DNA of 64,000 nucleotides from Vulcanimicrobiota bacterium (GTDB lineage Bacteria; Vulcanimicrobiota; Vulcanimicrobiia; Vulcanimicrobiales; Vulcanimicrobiaceae), in contig CAWAXX010000012.1 in assembly GCA_963786105.1 (NCBI GenBank), positions 1 to 64,000 on the forward strand. Direction: 5' to 3'. Of the stretch, positions 62,897-64,000 are shown in pieces; within the stretch, counting starts at the first letter, position 1, and every line of letters begins with the position of its first letter. The notes under the pieces were generated by a model. It was not told where the DNA came from. It searched no databases and was given only the letters and a program-made list of their open reading frames with translations. The position numbers and the translations under genes are program-made.

Positions 62897-64000
62897 CTAG
62901 ACCCCGTTCTCCTGATTGAGTTTGGCGATCTTTTCCGTCAAATACTGGATGGCGCGCTCGAGTTGCCCGTCTTTTGCCGGCGTGCCGTACTGCGGATGCT
63001 TGTTCTCGACGATGACGACGTCGGGCGTAATACCGAGATGGTTGATGTCGCGATTGCGCGGCGTGAGATAGCGCGCCGTCGTAATCTTGACCGCCGAGCC
63101 GTCCGGCATCGGATAGATCGTTTGCACGACCCCCTTGCCGAAAGTTTTCGTCCCCATGATCGTTCCGACGCCGCTGTCTTGAATCGCGCCCGACGTAATC
63201 TCCGAAGCGGAGGCGGTATATCCGTTCACCAGCACTACTAGCGGCAGCGGGTCGATGGCCGTGTCGTCGGCTTCCAGCGTCGTGATGTTCGATGCACGCG
63301 ATTCGACCGACACGATCGGTCCGCTCGAAATGAACTTCGAACTCACCGCGACGGCTGCCTCGAGGTAGCCGCCCCCGTTGTCGCGCAGGTCGAGCACGAT
63401 CGCGCGCGCGCCCTCTTGCTGCAGGCGGGTGAGAGCGCTGTTGAGCTCGGCGCCGGTTTCGCGTCCGAACACCGTCAACGCGACGTAGCCGATTTTCCCC
63501 GGCAACATTTTCTCGTACACGCTGAGTTGGTGAATCTTCGCGCGCACGATCGTGATCGGCGTCGGCGAAGCTCCGCCGTCGCGAACCAGCGTCAGCGAAA
63601 CGCTGGTGCCTTCCTTGCCTCGCAGCTTGCTGCTGGCTTGCTGCACCGTCAGTCCCTTGGTCGACTTACCGTCGATCGCGGTGATCAAGTCGTCTTGCGC
63701 AACGCCCGCCTTGTCGGCCGGACCGTCGGGAACGACGTTCTCGACGAGAATGTACTTGGTCTGATCGTCGACTTGAATGACGATTCCGGTTCCACCGAAG
63801 TCGCCGCCGTCGAGGTCTTGATTGAGCCCCGCGAACTCTTTCGGTGTGAGGAAGACCGTGTAGCGATCGTCGACCGATCGCATCATGGCGTCGAGGGCGA
63901 TGTAGCTCAACTGGTGCGCGGTGAATTTGGCGTGCGCCTCGCCGGCAGCGACTTCGATCTCTCGATCGATGCTGCGCACGTTGGCGCCGCCCGCATCGCT
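62897..64000 (-). CDS. S41 carboxy-terminal processing protease with PDZ domain (5' end outside the window)
   Basis: DRYT, GTGIVI, GPADKAG, LDLRDNGGG, TASASEI, TFGKGVVQ, TTARYLTP. Confidence 0.95.
   Translation of the reverse strand, partial: SDAGGANVRSIDREIEVAAGEAHAKFTAHQLSYIALDAMMRSVDDRYTVFLTPKEFAGLNQDLDGGDFGGTGIVIQVDDQTKYILVENVVPDGPADKAGVAQDDLITAIDGKSTKGLTVQQASSKLRGKEGTSVSLTLVRDGGASPTPITIVRAKIHQLSVYEKMLPGKIGYVALTVFGRETGAELNSALTRLQQEGARAIVLDLRDNGGGYLEAAVAVSSKFISSGPIVSVESRASNITTLEADDTAIDPLPLVVLVNGYTASASEITSGAIQDSGVGTIMGTKTFGKGVVQTIYPMPDGSAVKITTARYLTPRNRDINHLGITPDVVIVENKHPQYGTPAKDGQLERAIQYLTEKIAKLNQENGV

Overview
GC-rich bacterial chromosome segment spanning the replication origin. Gene order and protein types point to a diderm Terrabacteria lineage, probably Vulcanimicrobiota/Ca. 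Eremiobacterota (inference, not verified). Layout: maf-DUF3465-nadD-obg-rpmA (minus); dnaA-oriC-dnaN-recF-dciA-gyrB; a large outer-membrane cluster (tamB, bamA, three Skp/OmpH-like genes, lpxD-lpxC-fabZ-lpxA-lpxB, a metallophosphoesterase, an LpxB-like glycosyltransferase, a WaaL-like gene, lptC-lptB-lptF/G, DUF3084, a YqgF-like gene); recQ; dnaX-ybaB-recR; a 7-gene MoxR/DUF58/SpoIIM/RDD locus; an M48 protease; minC-minD-minD-minE-rodA; rne; a Gly-rich lipoprotein; and a partial S41 protease. About 16 single-base frameshifts in 11 genes, several of them essential, look like long-read sequencing errors rather than pseudogenes. No rRNA, tRNA, CRISPR array or transposase was seen. Best leads: (1) a ~150-nt structured non-coding element present twice, with a compensatory base change; (2) a UshA-type phosphoesterase with an LpxH-like GNR motif, coupled to lpxB where LpxH/LpxI is missing; (3) a Min system with two tandem MinD paralogs behind a DnaA-box cluster; (4) three Skp-like proteins of very different architecture; (5) an L27 carrying a Prp-type cleavage leader with no adjacent prp.
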